Origin: a virus
Lineage: Duplodnaviria; Caudoviricetes
Reading direction: 5' to 3' (one strand)
DNA: 64,000 nucleotides
Virus record (IMG/VR): IMGVR_UViG_3300027753_000007
Coordinates: 1-64,000 of that record
This document shows positions 9,750 through 19,561 of this stretch, in pieces (position 1 is the first letter of the stretch; every line of letters starts with the position of its first letter). A program made the translations under genes and the position numbers. Below the pieces are notes generated by a model, which saw nothing but the letters and a program-made list of their open reading frames with translations, searched no databases and was not told where the DNA came from.

Positions 9750-10586
9750 ATGCGTCTTTTTGAAATGTTTATCACAGAATCCATGACTATGTGGGTTCCT
9801 GATGCACCTCGAACAACGGTACAGAAAGAGTGCTGGGTTTGTGATGGGACAGGTATTGACGGCTTTATAAACAAAGCAAAACGTAACCAGTATTACCCTG
9901 CTAATGAATTGAATCTTCGTGAGCGTTTAAAAGGCTGGGATAAGCGTTTACCGCAGTTGTTCAAACTAAGGGACGATGCTGAACGGTCTATTGACTGGAT
10001 GGAGCATTTCCTTGATAGCAACCCAAATCTTCCTTCGGAAGTGAATGAGAAAGCACGTAAAAAGATAGCTGATGGACAAGCAACCTTAGCAAACGTTAAT
10101 GATCAAATTGATCTCCGCATGGATCGTATTGAAAAGAAACTGAAACTCGTAAAGGGCTTAGACACTATTCCCTGCGAATACTGCCATGGCAAAACATACA
10201 CCATGGAAGATGAGAGTGATGCACCAGAGCTGAATCTTGCTAACTCCAACATGCGTATCATTCTTCAAATTCTCGGGCTTGATCCTGAGGGTGAAGGTTG
10301 GCACATTGAACCAGGGGAGATTCCCGCGCTGAAACGTCGGCTGATGGTGATGATGAATACAGACGAGCTTGATAATTATGGGCGTGAGGCTAGCGACACG
10401 CAGCAAGATTTTGGTATGGTCAGGACGAAAGATCCCGAAACTGGATTGGATAAGATCGAACGGAAAAAAGGTGCACGAATGATAGACATGGGCTTAGACA
10501 AGCGCGGCATTATAGAGCGCCTAACACGGATCATGCCCATCATCAATTATGCACAGAAGCATAACATGCGGATCGTTATAGCATGA
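9750..10586 (+). CDS. Putative head-packaged protein with DnaJ-type Zn finger interrupted by a coiled coil
   Basis: MRLFEMFITE|S N-terminus; CWVCDGTG and CEYCHGK; GATAAATA at 9712-9719. Confidence 0.55.
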   Translation: MRLFEMFITESMTMWVPDAPRTTVQKECWVCDGTGIDGFINKAKRNQYYPANELNLRERLKGWDKRLPQLFKLRDDAERSIDWMEHFLDSNPNLPSEVNEKARKKIADGQATLANVNDQIDLRMDRIEKKLKLVKGLDTIPCEYCHGKTYTMEDESDAPELNLANSNMRIILQILGLDPEGEGWHIEPGEIPALKRRLMVMMNTDELDNYGREASDTQQDFGMVRTKDPETGLDKIERKKGARMIDMGLDKRGIIERLTRIMPIINYAQKHNMRIVIA

Positions 10587-11296
10587 GGGCAATAGACCTC
10601 CTCGAAAACAGTATGTCTAACGTTGTTATTGAAACTGACGACGATGCTAAAAATGTGCGCATTGGCGAAAAGCTAAAAGCGTATATACAGAAGAATTGTT
10701 CAGAATGGGTACAAGAGAGTGGCGGTGCACTTTTTTATCGTGGCACAAAATTGCCGCGCCTACCAATTGAAACATATGCGGCGTTTGTGCGTTCACCAAG
10801 GGCTGATCGCCAGCCGTCAGACACCGACGATATAACCCACAAAATATTTAATCGCGCGTTAGATGACGCCAACTCGGCAGCGAATCGTTCAAACTCGCTT
10901 TTTTGTACTGCGGATTCAGGAACTGCAAACTATTTTTCTGCTAATGGCCGTCAACTATGGATAGTATTCCCTACTGACGGATATCATTATGCATTTGCAA
11001 GAGACGTGTACGATTGGACAAGCGAATGGGGAACTGCATTACTAGATAATATTTCTGATTTAGAAGGCAGTCAGCTTGAAGAGATAGAGAATTTTTTACT
11101 TAGTTATCCAAGTAGCTTAGACGGGGCGCCGCAAATGCTACAACTGGCTGCAGAAGATCTTGTATATCGAATTAGTGACCGCACCACAGTAGATGAGGAT
11201 TTAGCGACTGCTGGACAATCGGATACCGAGGTCATGGTCACTGGTACGCCAATACTGCATATCTCGAGCTTTTTTTACAACACGTGGATGAAATAA
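10583..11296 (+). CDS. Putative ADP-ribosyltransferase-fold protein
   Basis: FYRG..RSNSLFCT..TEVMV resembles R-S-E ART motifs; MRAIDLLE N-terminus. Confidence 0.4.
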   Translation: MRAIDLLENSMSNVVIETDDDAKNVRIGEKLKAYIQKNCSEWVQESGGALFYRGTKLPRLPIETYAAFVRSPRADRQPSDTDDITHKIFNRALDDANSAANRSNSLFCTADSGTANYFSANGRQLWIVFPTDGYHYAFARDVYDWTSEWGTALLDNISDLEGSQLEEIENFLLSYPSSLDGAPQMLQLAAEDLVYRISDRTTVDEDLATAGQSDTEVMVTGTPILHISSFFYNTWMK

Positions 11297-11847
11297 TGAG
11301 ACTGAAAAATATACTTGAGGATAGGAAACTACTTCCAGACAACGTTATAATTGCTTTTGAAGGTATCGCTGATGCCCAGCGGAGCGGTCCCGAACAAGTC
11401 ATGTTGAGGATACAGTTCCACAATGTTGGTGGTGTGCTGAATCCTATTGTTGAACACGTTGGTGATATCTCACATAGGATGACAGAGCATGCGAAGTATG
11501 GTGACTACTTGCAGGGCATTGTTTTAGACAAGTGCGTAAAGTCGTTGCGTATACTGGAAAGTCGTTACGGTTTTGTGCGTGAAATGGAAGAAAACAATCG
11601 CAGCAATGGCACTGATGTTAATCAGTTAAATGCGTTGTTAATGGAATACGCAAACGCCCACAGTAAAATCCCTGCTTACAATCCTGCGCAATATGCAGCG
11701 CGTGAGGCAGCGGTAAGCGTAGGTAAGCAAGACTGGAATAAGGCAATCGACCACCTCAAATACATAGTGCGTATTATTGAAGATGGTTTGTATAATGAGA
11801 TTGCTAGTAGTTATGAGGTCAAAAACGGCGAACTAGTTTTGCTATGA
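11296..11847 (+). CDS. Hypothetical protein (MRLKNILE start)
   Basis: TAATG coupling with upstream gene. Confidence 0.6.
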   Translation: MRLKNILEDRKLLPDNVIIAFEGIADAQRSGPEQVMLRIQFHNVGGVLNPIVEHVGDISHRMTEHAKYGDYLQGIVLDKCVKSLRILESRYGFVREMEENNRSNGTDVNQLNALLMEYANAHSKIPAYNPAQYAAREAAVSVGKQDWNKAIDHLKYIVRIIEDGLYNEIASSYEVKNGELVLL

Positions 11848-12426
11848 CGTTAGCATAGCCTGCTCAACCATCAAATTCATTTGAACTACTATAGCCACAG
11901 CGTAAGAGTAGCTGTGTGCCTTTTTAAAATAATAGCCGTCCTCAGGCTTGATCCAAATTTCTCTATCAATAACACTGCGTGGTTGGTCAAGTAAATATCG
12001 CTTTGCAGGGCGTATTAGCGCAAGCACGACAGCGAGATCTTCCACGGACGTAGGCTTGATTGCTTTTACGATATCAAAATGTTCACCTATGTGGAATAGC
12101 TTTTCAACAAACTCGGCGTACTCCAGCATCTCCCACATTGGTTTCATTTCAAGTAAACTATTGAGGTGGTCTTCATCGCGCACATTTTTATATAGGCTGT
12201 TGTTGAGGAAGTCAAGTTTCATATAACCTAGCTCACCTGCAAGCTTGTGGTCTATGCTTGCAAGCCCAGTTACTGGATCATATGGAATAGGTTGGAAGTA
12301 TACGCCTGTGTTGTGCTTTACGTACTCGCCATTCTCACGATCTATCCTCGCAGGAATTGCGTGTAGGTTGTCTAAAACTTTGTTGCGGTCGTAAACGTCA
12401 ATGTCAACGTCTGTTGTAATCTTCAT
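11842..12426 (-). CDS. Stand-alone fragment of family C DNA polymerase (DnaE-like palm/fingers)
   Basis: DVDID, HNTGVY, GYMKLDFL, YFKKAHSYSY correspond to DnaE motifs; only 194 aa. Confidence 0.75.
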   Translation of the reverse strand: MKITTDVDIDVYDRNKVLDNLHAIPARIDRENGEYVKHNTGVYFQPIPYDPVTGLASIDHKLAGELGYMKLDFLNNSLYKNVRDEDHLNSLLEMKPMWEMLEYAEFVEKLFHIGEHFDIVKAIKPTSVEDLAVVLALIRPAKRYLLDQPRSVIDREIWIKPEDGYYFKKAHSYSYAVAIVVQMNLMVEQAMLTS

Positions 12427-12496
12427 TTCGACATTCTCACAATGCTATGTGCTATGATAGAATCCAACAAAAACAAAACACAAACTAAGCCGAAAA

Positions 12497-13243
12497 TCAT
12501 AATCCAAAGTCCTTCAGTAAGTCTCGGATAAACGTGCAATCCTCTTTCTTTAGTTCAAACTTTAATCGCCAAATTTTGGGATCAACCAGCGATGAGATCA
12601 TGTCCGCTTGTTCTTCGGATAGTCGTCCCCACAGGGAGTCAGATGATTCTGCTAAATAGAGAACCCACGGAGAAAGTTTACCCATCTTGATAATGTGTGC
12701 TGCCTCGGCTGGCGCAACCTCTCGGAAAAAGTCCGTGAAGTCTTTTCCTTCGGCTTCGGCCCATTGTTGCATCGTATTAATGCTTCTCTCCACACCTCTG
12801 TCTGCTGGTTCCTTCTGTAGTAAGTCAAGTATGTACGCTTCATATATTTTATCTTTACACCAATCTCGTTCTTTAATGCCATTACGGAAAACAAAATCCA
12901 CAAAACGGCCTTGATCCACTGGGCGTAAGTCCATCAAGTGACGGGCAAACTTGATGAAGGTCGTATAATACTTACTCGCAATAAAATCTTCGATAGATTT
13001 GGGTTTCTTCGTAGCAGTATTTATCTCAAAGAACCTACGAAACAGCTCTAATCCCATCCTACTTGCTACGCTATCTTTATCGAGGTGTCTCCGCTTCTGT
13101 GTACACATATGCGCGGCGAGTGTGCGCTCCGTACTAAATGCACGTTTACAAAAACCACAGTTGTGTTTATTTTCCGAAGATTTCACTGACTTGTTTTTCG
13201 TCCAGTCCATAATCTCTCGCAAGGTCGCGGAGTTCATCTGCAT
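12497..13243 (-). CDS. C2H2-like Zn-finger conserved protein (start uncertain, possibly GTG 13186)
   Basis: CGFCKRAFSTERTLAAHMC. Confidence 0.7.
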   Translation of the reverse strand: MQMNSATLREIMDWTKNKSVKSSENKHNCGFCKRAFSTERTLAAHMCTQKRRHLDKDSVASRMGLELFRRFFEINTATKKPKSIEDFIASKYYTTFIKFARHLMDLRPVDQGRFVDFVFRNGIKERDWCKDKIYEAYILDLLQKEPADRGVERSINTMQQWAEAEGKDFTDFFREVAPAEAAHIIKMGKLSPWVLYLAESSDSLWGRLSEEQADMISSLVDPKIWRLKFELKKEDCTFIRDLLKDFGL

Positions 13244-13631
13244 TGTTTATCTCTTGTAAAAGTTCTATCTCATCTCGCTTGAGGTGTGGATAGCGTTCTG
13301 TTAGAAATTCTTGTATCTTATTCTTTGCTTTCTTCTTGCTGGGTGGTATCCAAGGATGAAACGCATTAGAGCCCGCACCACACACTGCTAAGAGTTTCCA
13401 CTGTAAATCGGGGTGGGCTGTGAGTGAGCTAAAATTCACGTTTACAATATCGTTCACCATTAGCAGGTAATGAGATGAAAGGTTACCTTGTGCTGCACTT
13501 GCATAACGCATAGCCAACCAAGGTGAAAACACTTTCTTCTCTTCATCTGACAGCCGCGTGTAAAAGTCAAAGTCGTTATTGTCTAACGCACTCAACATCT
13601 CTTTAAGCGGTATCTGTACTTTCTTTGCCAT
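13167..13631 (-). CDS. Probable clamp-loader small subunit (gp62-like)
   Basis: FSPWLAMRYAS, HPDLQW, HPWIPP pattern; size and replication-module context. Confidence 0.55.
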   Translation of the reverse strand: MAKKVQIPLKEMLSALDNNDFDFYTRLSDEEKKVFSPWLAMRYASAAQGNLSSHYLLMVNDIVNVNFSSLTAHPDLQWKLLAVCGAGSNAFHPWIPPSKKKAKNKIQEFLTERYPHLKRDEIELLQEINNADELRDLARDYGLDEKQVSEIFGK

Positions 13632-13655
13632 AACTACTCTTTTAAGTATAACACA

Positions 13656-14162
13656 TTAGCCGCCAAATAGCAATGCCATATCCAGCGGATCAGGAACTTT
13701 ATTTCCTTCTTTTACGAACAGTGCGCATTTTGGGCGGGGCTTCTGTTCCAGTGGCATTACCAATACATTACCATTCTTTAGCTTAGGGAAGAACCATTTT
13801 ACATCAGCGTATATATTAACAATATTTACTTCCAGTGGTATTGGAACAAGGTGATGCAAGGGATTAAATGCCACTGTATGAAAGCCTCGATCATTTAAGC
13901 TTGTGAGTGGCATAACTTCCATGTCGGAATAACTGTCATCGCAAACAAGCATTGACCAGTCCAACGGCATTGGAACTCTGAATTCACCCATCTCTAATAC
14001 TACTGCTGGTGCATTAAACGATTCTAAAAATATGAGAGGTAACCAATAAAAATCTATGTTTTTAGGATTTGAACAATCCAATACACAATACCTCAACCCA
14101 TCCACTTCCTCGGGTACGCAATCGAGGTTATAAGGAAGGTTCTCCTCTGTTAAAATTAACAT
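13656..14162 (-). CDS. Conserved hypothetical protein coupled to UvsW
   Basis: 168 aa; stop/start overlap with helicase. Confidence 0.65.
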   Translation of the reverse strand: MLILTEENLPYNLDCVPEEVDGLRYCVLDCSNPKNIDFYWLPLIFLESFNAPAVVLEMGEFRVPMPLDWSMLVCDDSYSDMEVMPLTSLNDRGFHTVAFNPLHHLVPIPLEVNIVNIYADVKWFFPKLKNGNVLVMPLEQKPRPKCALFVKEGNKVPDPLDMALLFGG

Positions 14163-15643
14163 TACAAATACTCCACTTTGGTTACTTTGAAAGGATATTG
14201 TTTATCCTTATAATACTTCTTTCGTTTTGTTACATGTCTCGCTGAGAATTTGCATGTGGATGCAATGTCATACACATTCACAAAATCCTTATCGTCAGCT
14301 TTTCTAATGCCGCGACCAATACTCTGTACAACGCGCACAAAGCTCTTGCCTGGTTCTAGCAAATACAAATTAAAAATGCGGGGAATGTCAATACCCACTG
14401 AGGCGACTCCGTACGTTGCTATAATAATTTTGCTTTTGGATATTGCAACTTCGTCATACGTGTCGCGTCTGTCATCGCTGCCTGTTACACCAGACACAAA
14501 CACTGGGGCGGTTTCGCCTTCAAAACCCTTCTCGTTAAAAATGTCCACAAGTGCCTTGCCAGTTTTGATACGCTGAACTAGTATCAACACATTGCCTTCT
14601 ACGCTCTGTGCTAATGCGTGATCTGCTAACCATTCTAGTCTACGCTGGTCTGTAACGAGGAACGAGAGTTCAGATTGATAGTTGGCGTACTGTCCGTAGT
14701 CTTGCAATTGCAAAATGTCAATGTGCAAGTTTGCTAGTATGCCTTTGTCCTGCAAATCCTTAGCAGCAATTTGATTTATTAGCGGACCAATGGACGCGAC
14801 CAATGCAAGCGAATCAAAATCGTCGTAGGGGATGGTACCCGTAAATCCCCACCGCAGCGGCATGTTAGCAAACACGCTGGTCATTAGTTTCTTTAGCACA
14901 TCCGCTTTTGCACCGTGGCACTCATCAACCATAATACAAACAACACCTTCGAGGAAATCGTCAATCGAGATCTCAGGATCGTAATTTTTTGATTTTTTGT
15001 TGAGGGACTCCAAGCTTTGCCATGTGCATATTGTGTGTGTCTTTGTGTACTCTTTTTCTCCACCGTATAGCACACCTACGTCCAAACCTAATGCCAAATA
15101 GTTTTTGTGCGTTTGCTTTACTAGGTCAACTGACGGGACAACCACAATAGACCTACCGTACTGCTCAACGCGCTGCGACAATGCTGCTGTCACAATGGTC
15201 TTACCTGCGCCAGTGGAAATCTCTTGCAAACCCTGCGGCGTCTCTAACGCGCAATTGATGATCTCAACTTGGTAATCTCGTAAGATGATTGGCTCGCCTG
15301 CTTTGTCGTGCCAGTCTGGCCAAACGTGATCGCTGTAACTATTTTCATCTACTCGCTCAAACTCAAAGTTAGGCATTGGTTGACGGTTGTCTACAATGTC
15401 TACCTCATAACCCTGATCGTGTACAATGGGGAGTAATCTTTCTAGCAAATTTAGATAGCTACGGGCACCTATATCGCAAAAAGATACTTTACCATCCCAC
15501 CTACCAAGCTTGAACGCTGGTGTATGTCTTGCATATGGCAACAGGAAGCTCAACTCATTGGTGAGCTTTCGTCTTGTTATTACATCAAGATCATGGAATT
15601 TTATGTTGACCTCATCAACAATCTCGAGAACAGTTCTTTTCAT
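14162..15643 (-). CDS. uvsW: SF2 DNA helicase UvsW-like
   Basis: STGAGKT, VDECH, GFTGT, VQSIGRGIR; start reassigned to ATG 15643, below TTGTAT-17-TATAAT (15651-15679). Confidence 0.9.
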   Translation of the reverse strand: MKRTVLEIVDEVNIKFHDLDVITRRKLTNELSFLLPYARHTPAFKLGRWDGKVSFCDIGARSYLNLLERLLPIVHDQGYEVDIVDNRQPMPNFEFERVDENSYSDHVWPDWHDKAGEPIILRDYQVEIINCALETPQGLQEISTGAGKTIVTAALSQRVEQYGRSIVVVPSVDLVKQTHKNYLALGLDVGVLYGGEKEYTKTHTICTWQSLESLNKKSKNYDPEISIDDFLEGVVCIMVDECHGAKADVLKKLMTSVFANMPLRWGFTGTIPYDDFDSLALVASIGPLINQIAAKDLQDKGILANLHIDILQLQDYGQYANYQSELSFLVTDQRRLEWLADHALAQSVEGNVLILVQRIKTGKALVDIFNEKGFEGETAPVFVSGVTGSDDRRDTYDEVAISKSKIIIATYGVASVGIDIPRIFNLYLLEPGKSFVRVVQSIGRGIRKADDKDFVNVYDIASTCKFSARHVTKRKKYYKDKQYPFKVTKVEYL

Positions 15644-15702
15644 AACGTTTATTATAACATACTTATCTGGTAAATACAAGAGCTAATACAAAAAGGAGTA
15701 GC

Positions 15703-16869
15703 ATGATCAAAGTATCTAGGGGTACCCGTCGGGTTCTGAAGGCTCATCGTAATGTGCTAATGGCAAAGAGTAATGTCGTTGCTGTTGGAGTAGGTGAAGA
15801 GACTGTAGACGGTAAGAAGACTGGACGCGAAGCAGTTATTTGTTTTGTGCAAAAGAAGATGCCGCTGGAGACTATTTCGGCGCAGGATATTGTCCCGCAA
15901 GCTTTAGATGATGGTGGCAGTCCGGTTGCAACAGATGTGGTCGAGATCGGATTGGTCAAGGCACTAGCAGTAGCGGATCATAGGAGAAAACATCGGCCTA
16001 TTGTCCCAGGCATTAGCGTAGGTCACTATAAGATCACTGCTGGTACGTTAGGTTTGATTGTAGAGAAAGATGGCGAGGCGCACATCTTATCCAACAACCA
16101 CGTACTTGCTGATTCTAACCATGCAGCATTAGGCGATAAGATATATCAGCCAGGTCCATATGACGGTGGAAACACAACATCTGAGGTCGCAGTTCTTAGC
16201 CATTTTGTTCCTATACATTTTGACACAACTAGCGAAAACTTAGTAGATTGTGCGTTAGCAAGGATCAATACAGCCGTTGTTGTGCCTCCACCAGAGCCAC
16301 CCGTGGATGAGCCACCTGTGACACCGCCAGCTCCTGGCGACAGTTCAGGCAGAAAGTGGTGCCCACTAACGAGGGCGTTTATTGCGGTTGGTAATGCTGC
16401 ATCTAAAGCTTTAGGTAGCGGCGTCCGTGTACAGGCATATAGAGTAGACTCGCAAAACACAGTCACAGTAAATGGTGACCAAGTCAACTCCGACCCGCTT
16501 GTTGATGCACTAGAACCTATCTCATTTACTAACGAGGTGCTAGACATGGGTGCCATTAGCGGTGATGTGAATTACATAGTGGACGTTGGTGACATGGTTC
16601 AGAAGTCAGGTCGGACAACAGGTTTCACACAAGATGAAATTATTGCTACGGACGTGACAGTAGACGTTGACTATGGCGCTGATGGTACAGCGCGGTTTAC
16701 GAATCAACTTTTGGCAGGACCGATGAGCCAAGGTGGCGACAGTGGTTCAGTAATTTTTAACGAGAATAAGGACGTGGTTGGTTTGCTTTTTGCAGGCAGC
16801 GACACAGTGACAATTTTCTGTCCTATTGAGGCAGTCTTTACCAAACTAGGAATTACAAGGATACTATAA
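15703..16869 (+). CDS. Nal1-like trypsin-fold serine protease
   Basis: Triad SNNHV, VDCALA, GDSGS; Nal1-type N-domain (VVAVGVG..TDVVEIG); late-type GGTAAATA at 15669-15676. Confidence 0.85.
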   Translation: MIKVSRGTRRVLKAHRNVLMAKSNVVAVGVGEETVDGKKTGREAVICFVQKKMPLETISAQDIVPQALDDGGSPVATDVVEIGLVKALAVADHRRKHRPIVPGISVGHYKITAGTLGLIVEKDGEAHILSNNHVLADSNHAALGDKIYQPGPYDGGNTTSEVAVLSHFVPIHFDTTSENLVDCALARINTAVVVPPPEPPVDEPPVTPPAPGDSSGRKWCPLTRAFIAVGNAASKALGSGVRVQAYRVDSQNTVTVNGDQVNSDPLVDALEPISFTNEVLDMGAISGDVNYIVDVGDMVQKSGRTTGFTQDEIIATDVTVDVDYGADGTARFTNQLLAGPMSQGGDSGSVIFNENKDVVGLLFAGSDTVTIFCPIEAVFTKLGITRIL

Positions 16870-18566
16870 TGAACGACATGAGAAAACTTTTAGAGTCTGT
16901 ACGTAGGATTGAAGAGGACAACATTTTTGAGGGCGAGCAGAAACGATTGCGCACTGAAACTGGCACTGCTACATTGATGCCAGATGGCACAATGGTTGTT
17001 AACAACAGCGGATATAAGCAACGCCTAACTGTTGAACAGGTTCGTGCGGCTTGGTCGGGAGCAGAAAGACTTCCCTTAGATCCAGAAACTCTTGCTGAAT
17101 TAAGAGATGAAGGCTTCTCGGAAGAAGATATAGAAGATTCACAAGCGACATACGATGATGATTACGGTTGGTATGACTTTGGTGAAGAATTACACGTTAT
17201 ACCAGACGCCGAAGATTTCGGCTTACGCGAGTCCGCAGAAGAATATACTCCAGAACTTGAGGATGATGCTGAGATCATAGCAGACTTTGTGGTCAAACTA
17301 CAACGCAGGGGCTTGGAACCTGCTCAAATTGTGAGCATTGTAAAGATCAAGTTTGGTCCGAACGCAGCAAAAGAAGTAAGTGATGATTTTGAAGACGCGG
17401 GTGATTTGGAAGATTGGAACAACGCATCATTTACCGAAGACGTAGTTCAGGGGCCCTGGAAAGCAAAAGAAGAATTGAGCGAAAATGATATTCAAATAAT
17501 TGATTATCTAATAGACGTTATAGATTCTAGTGGTAATCTTATTTCTGCTTCTAGTGCTATAGCTAATAGTCTTAAGGGCGATGTAGACGCAGCCAAGAAA
17601 ATCGAAGCCACAGTTGATCGTTTTGTAAATGCTAAACCAGATCATTCGTATGCAAAAAAATTAACTAACACGATGCGCGCATTACGTCATGCACTTGACT
17701 ACAGTGACTTCGGAGATTGGAACGAGTCACTTGATGAAGCTCGTTCAGGATTTACAAGATATAAAAACGAAGTGTTAAAGGCTTTAAACTTGAAAGGTAC
17801 CTTCACAGATGCGGTCGCCGGCGGGTATCGTGTTAAACTTTGGGTTCCTAGGAGCCAAGCAGCAAAGAAAAGAGATATGGCAGAGATACGCCAAAAGCTT
17901 GATGACCTTGGATACACGGATGTTCGAGTTGAGATGAGAGGATTTTCTGATTGGGGTGTGAAGGCATGGTTATGTCTTATCGTTCCTATGAGTTACGATA
18001 ATCCTGTAAATGAAGCTTGGGGTGGAGGTCCTGTAAATGTCCCAAAGTTTGATACTGAGGAAGAAGCAGAGCGTTTTGTTAGTAGCTTAGGTCCAGATGA
18101 TACAGTAGAGAATGACGTTGTAAATCCTGAAACTGGTGAGGTTCTGTTTGAGCCTGGTCAGACTAAGCGCACAATGTACAGCGGACAGTATAAGGACGAA
18201 CAGGGTCGCAGAGATGCAATTGAGCCTTGGGTACCAACAATCTCGGCTGGTCGTACTATCGAGGATGCTTATGACTGCTTAATCTCATTACGCCATGGTG
18301 ATTTTTACCATGTTGTGTGGAAGAATATTGCTGACCTTGTAGACGAACCAGACCGTTGGATGGACAAGGATTACGACGTTGACTACGAGGTTCCTTATCT
18401 TATCAAGCGTAAGGATGGTGAGAAGCTCACACTAGATGATAGGGACAACTTTAAGGAGCTTGAGAGAGCTGTTCTTAGAGCCTCCACAATGCAAAACGTT
18501 GGCATCCAATACATGGGTGCTAGTAACGAAGGCACTGTGGCAAGGTTCATGCCTACATTTAATTAA
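16869..18566 (+). CDS. Acidic multi-module protein, probable processed internal head polyprotein
   Basis: MRKLLE|S start; repeated L/F/V-x-E|(S/A/G) sites. Confidence 0.55.
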   Translation: MNDMRKLLESVRRIEEDNIFEGEQKRLRTETGTATLMPDGTMVVNNSGYKQRLTVEQVRAAWSGAERLPLDPETLAELRDEGFSEEDIEDSQATYDDDYGWYDFGEELHVIPDAEDFGLRESAEEYTPELEDDAEIIADFVVKLQRRGLEPAQIVSIVKIKFGPNAAKEVSDDFEDAGDLEDWNNASFTEDVVQGPWKAKEELSENDIQIIDYLIDVIDSSGNLISASSAIANSLKGDVDAAKKIEATVDRFVNAKPDHSYAKKLTNTMRALRHALDYSDFGDWNESLDEARSGFTRYKNEVLKALNLKGTFTDAVAGGYRVKLWVPRSQAAKKRDMAEIRQKLDDLGYTDVRVEMRGFSDWGVKAWLCLIVPMSYDNPVNEAWGGGPVNVPKFDTEEEAERFVSSLGPDDTVENDVVNPETGEVLFEPGQTKRTMYSGQYKDEQGRRDAIEPWVPTISAGRTIEDAYDCLISLRHGDFYHVVWKNIADLVDEPDRWMDKDYDVDYEVPYLIKRKDGEKLTLDDRDNFKELERAVLRASTMQNVGIQYMGASNEGTVARFMPTFN

Positions 18567-18596
18567 AAAGAAAGGGGCGTTAAGCCCCTTCCTTTA
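18565..18596. terminator. Bidirectional terminator between convergent genes
   Basis: AAGGGGC-GTTAA-GCCCCTT flanked by A/T runs. Confidence 0.75.
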
Positions 18597-18986
18597 TTAC
18601 CCTTCATATTTTTTCTTTAGTTCCAAATATAATTCATACCTTGCTTTCTCTTGCTGAATCTCTGCTTCGGCTTTACGAGTAGCTTCGTGTTCTTTTGCAA
18701 TCCGTTTTTGTTCTGCAAGTTTGGCATCTTCTAATTCTCGCCAATTGTCGAGATATAAATATGTCGCTGGGATTGTGTACCACTCGCTACACGCTTCTCC
18801 ACACCAATATGATGATTCGATATATATCTCACCTTCAGCAATACCATCGGCTTCGATATCGACGTTGTCCAGCGTTCCAGTTCCATATTCTTTCAAATAA
18901 TCTTTAGCTAATAGTCGTGCCCGTTCTTCAAGGAAATTATATCCGCCAACCGCCGCTATATATTCTTCTTTGCTCATGTAAGACAT
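18597..18986 (-). CDS. Hypothetical protein with C-terminal coiled coil
   Basis: 129 aa, SD GAGG, directly follows 18987..19469. Confidence 0.7.
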   Translation of the reverse strand: MSYMSKEEYIAAVGGYNFLEERARLLAKDYLKEYGTGTLDNVDIEADGIAEGEIYIESSYWCGEACSEWYTIPATYLYLDNWRELEDAKLAEQKRIAKEHEATRKAEAEIQQEKARYELYLELKKKYEG

Positions 18987-19469
18987 TTAAGCTACCTCCT
19001 CATTGAGGTATTCTTCCAATATTTGAGATAGTTCAACATATACTTCAGTTGGTAATTCTCCAAACGGCAGAGCTAATTTTTTTCTATAGTTAGCTAGATG
19101 TTTATAGCCAACTGTCGCATCCATATACTTTGGTAAAAAATATCTTGTATTCCACATTATGTGGGTTAGGTTTGCTGCTAACCCACAATACACATCTTCT
19201 CCTTTAGCAGGTGTGAAACCTCTGTCGGCCGGGTAGCCGCGCAACAGATTATAGAGCATGTAGTGTTCTGGGCCGAGCGCCGTAAATTTCGTTTTGGCGT
19301 ATACACGATCTGCGGTGGAGGGTGCTAGCCAGTACGTAACGTCTACGTCCTCATACCATACGAGTTTGCCGTTGTTGTGGAAGTCCTTCCACGCCTGTCT
19401 GAATTTTAAGTAGTCTTCTTTTGTAGCAAAGAACCGTGTCTTCGCGTCTTCGATTTGTAAAGTTTTCAT
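18987..19469 (-). CDS. Hypothetical protein (HYMLYNLLRG..RGFTP) whose RBS is sequestered by the leader hairpin
   Basis: 160 aa; SD AGGAG at 19475-19479. Confidence 0.75.
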   Translation of the reverse strand: MKTLQIEDAKTRFFATKEDYLKFRQAWKDFHNNGKLVWYEDVDVTYWLAPSTADRVYAKTKFTALGPEHYMLYNLLRGYPADRGFTPAKGEDVYCGLAANLTHIMWNTRYFLPKYMDATVGYKHLANYRKKLALPFGELPTEVYVELSQILEEYLNEEVA

Positions 19470-19528
19470 GTTAGTCTCCTAATTTTGTGTTATTGATTTG
19501 CGATTGCTTTTTGATGGGTCAATAACAA

Positions 19529-19561
19529 TTAGGGACCACGAATAAAATATACCTACGTCAT
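19529..19561 (-). promoter_or_regulatory. Leader minigene MT(UAG)VYFIRGP(UAA), putative amber-readthrough sensor
   Basis: AAGGAG-AAAATT-ATG ACG TAG GTA TAT TTT ATT CGT GGT CCC TAA read directly; 3-prime end pairs with downstream SD. Confidence 0.7.

Noticed and set aside
13656-14162. Possible Hint/intein-like domain
   Set aside because: No N-terminal Cys/Ser or C-terminal His-Asn, and it is a separate ORF; cannot be supported without HHpred
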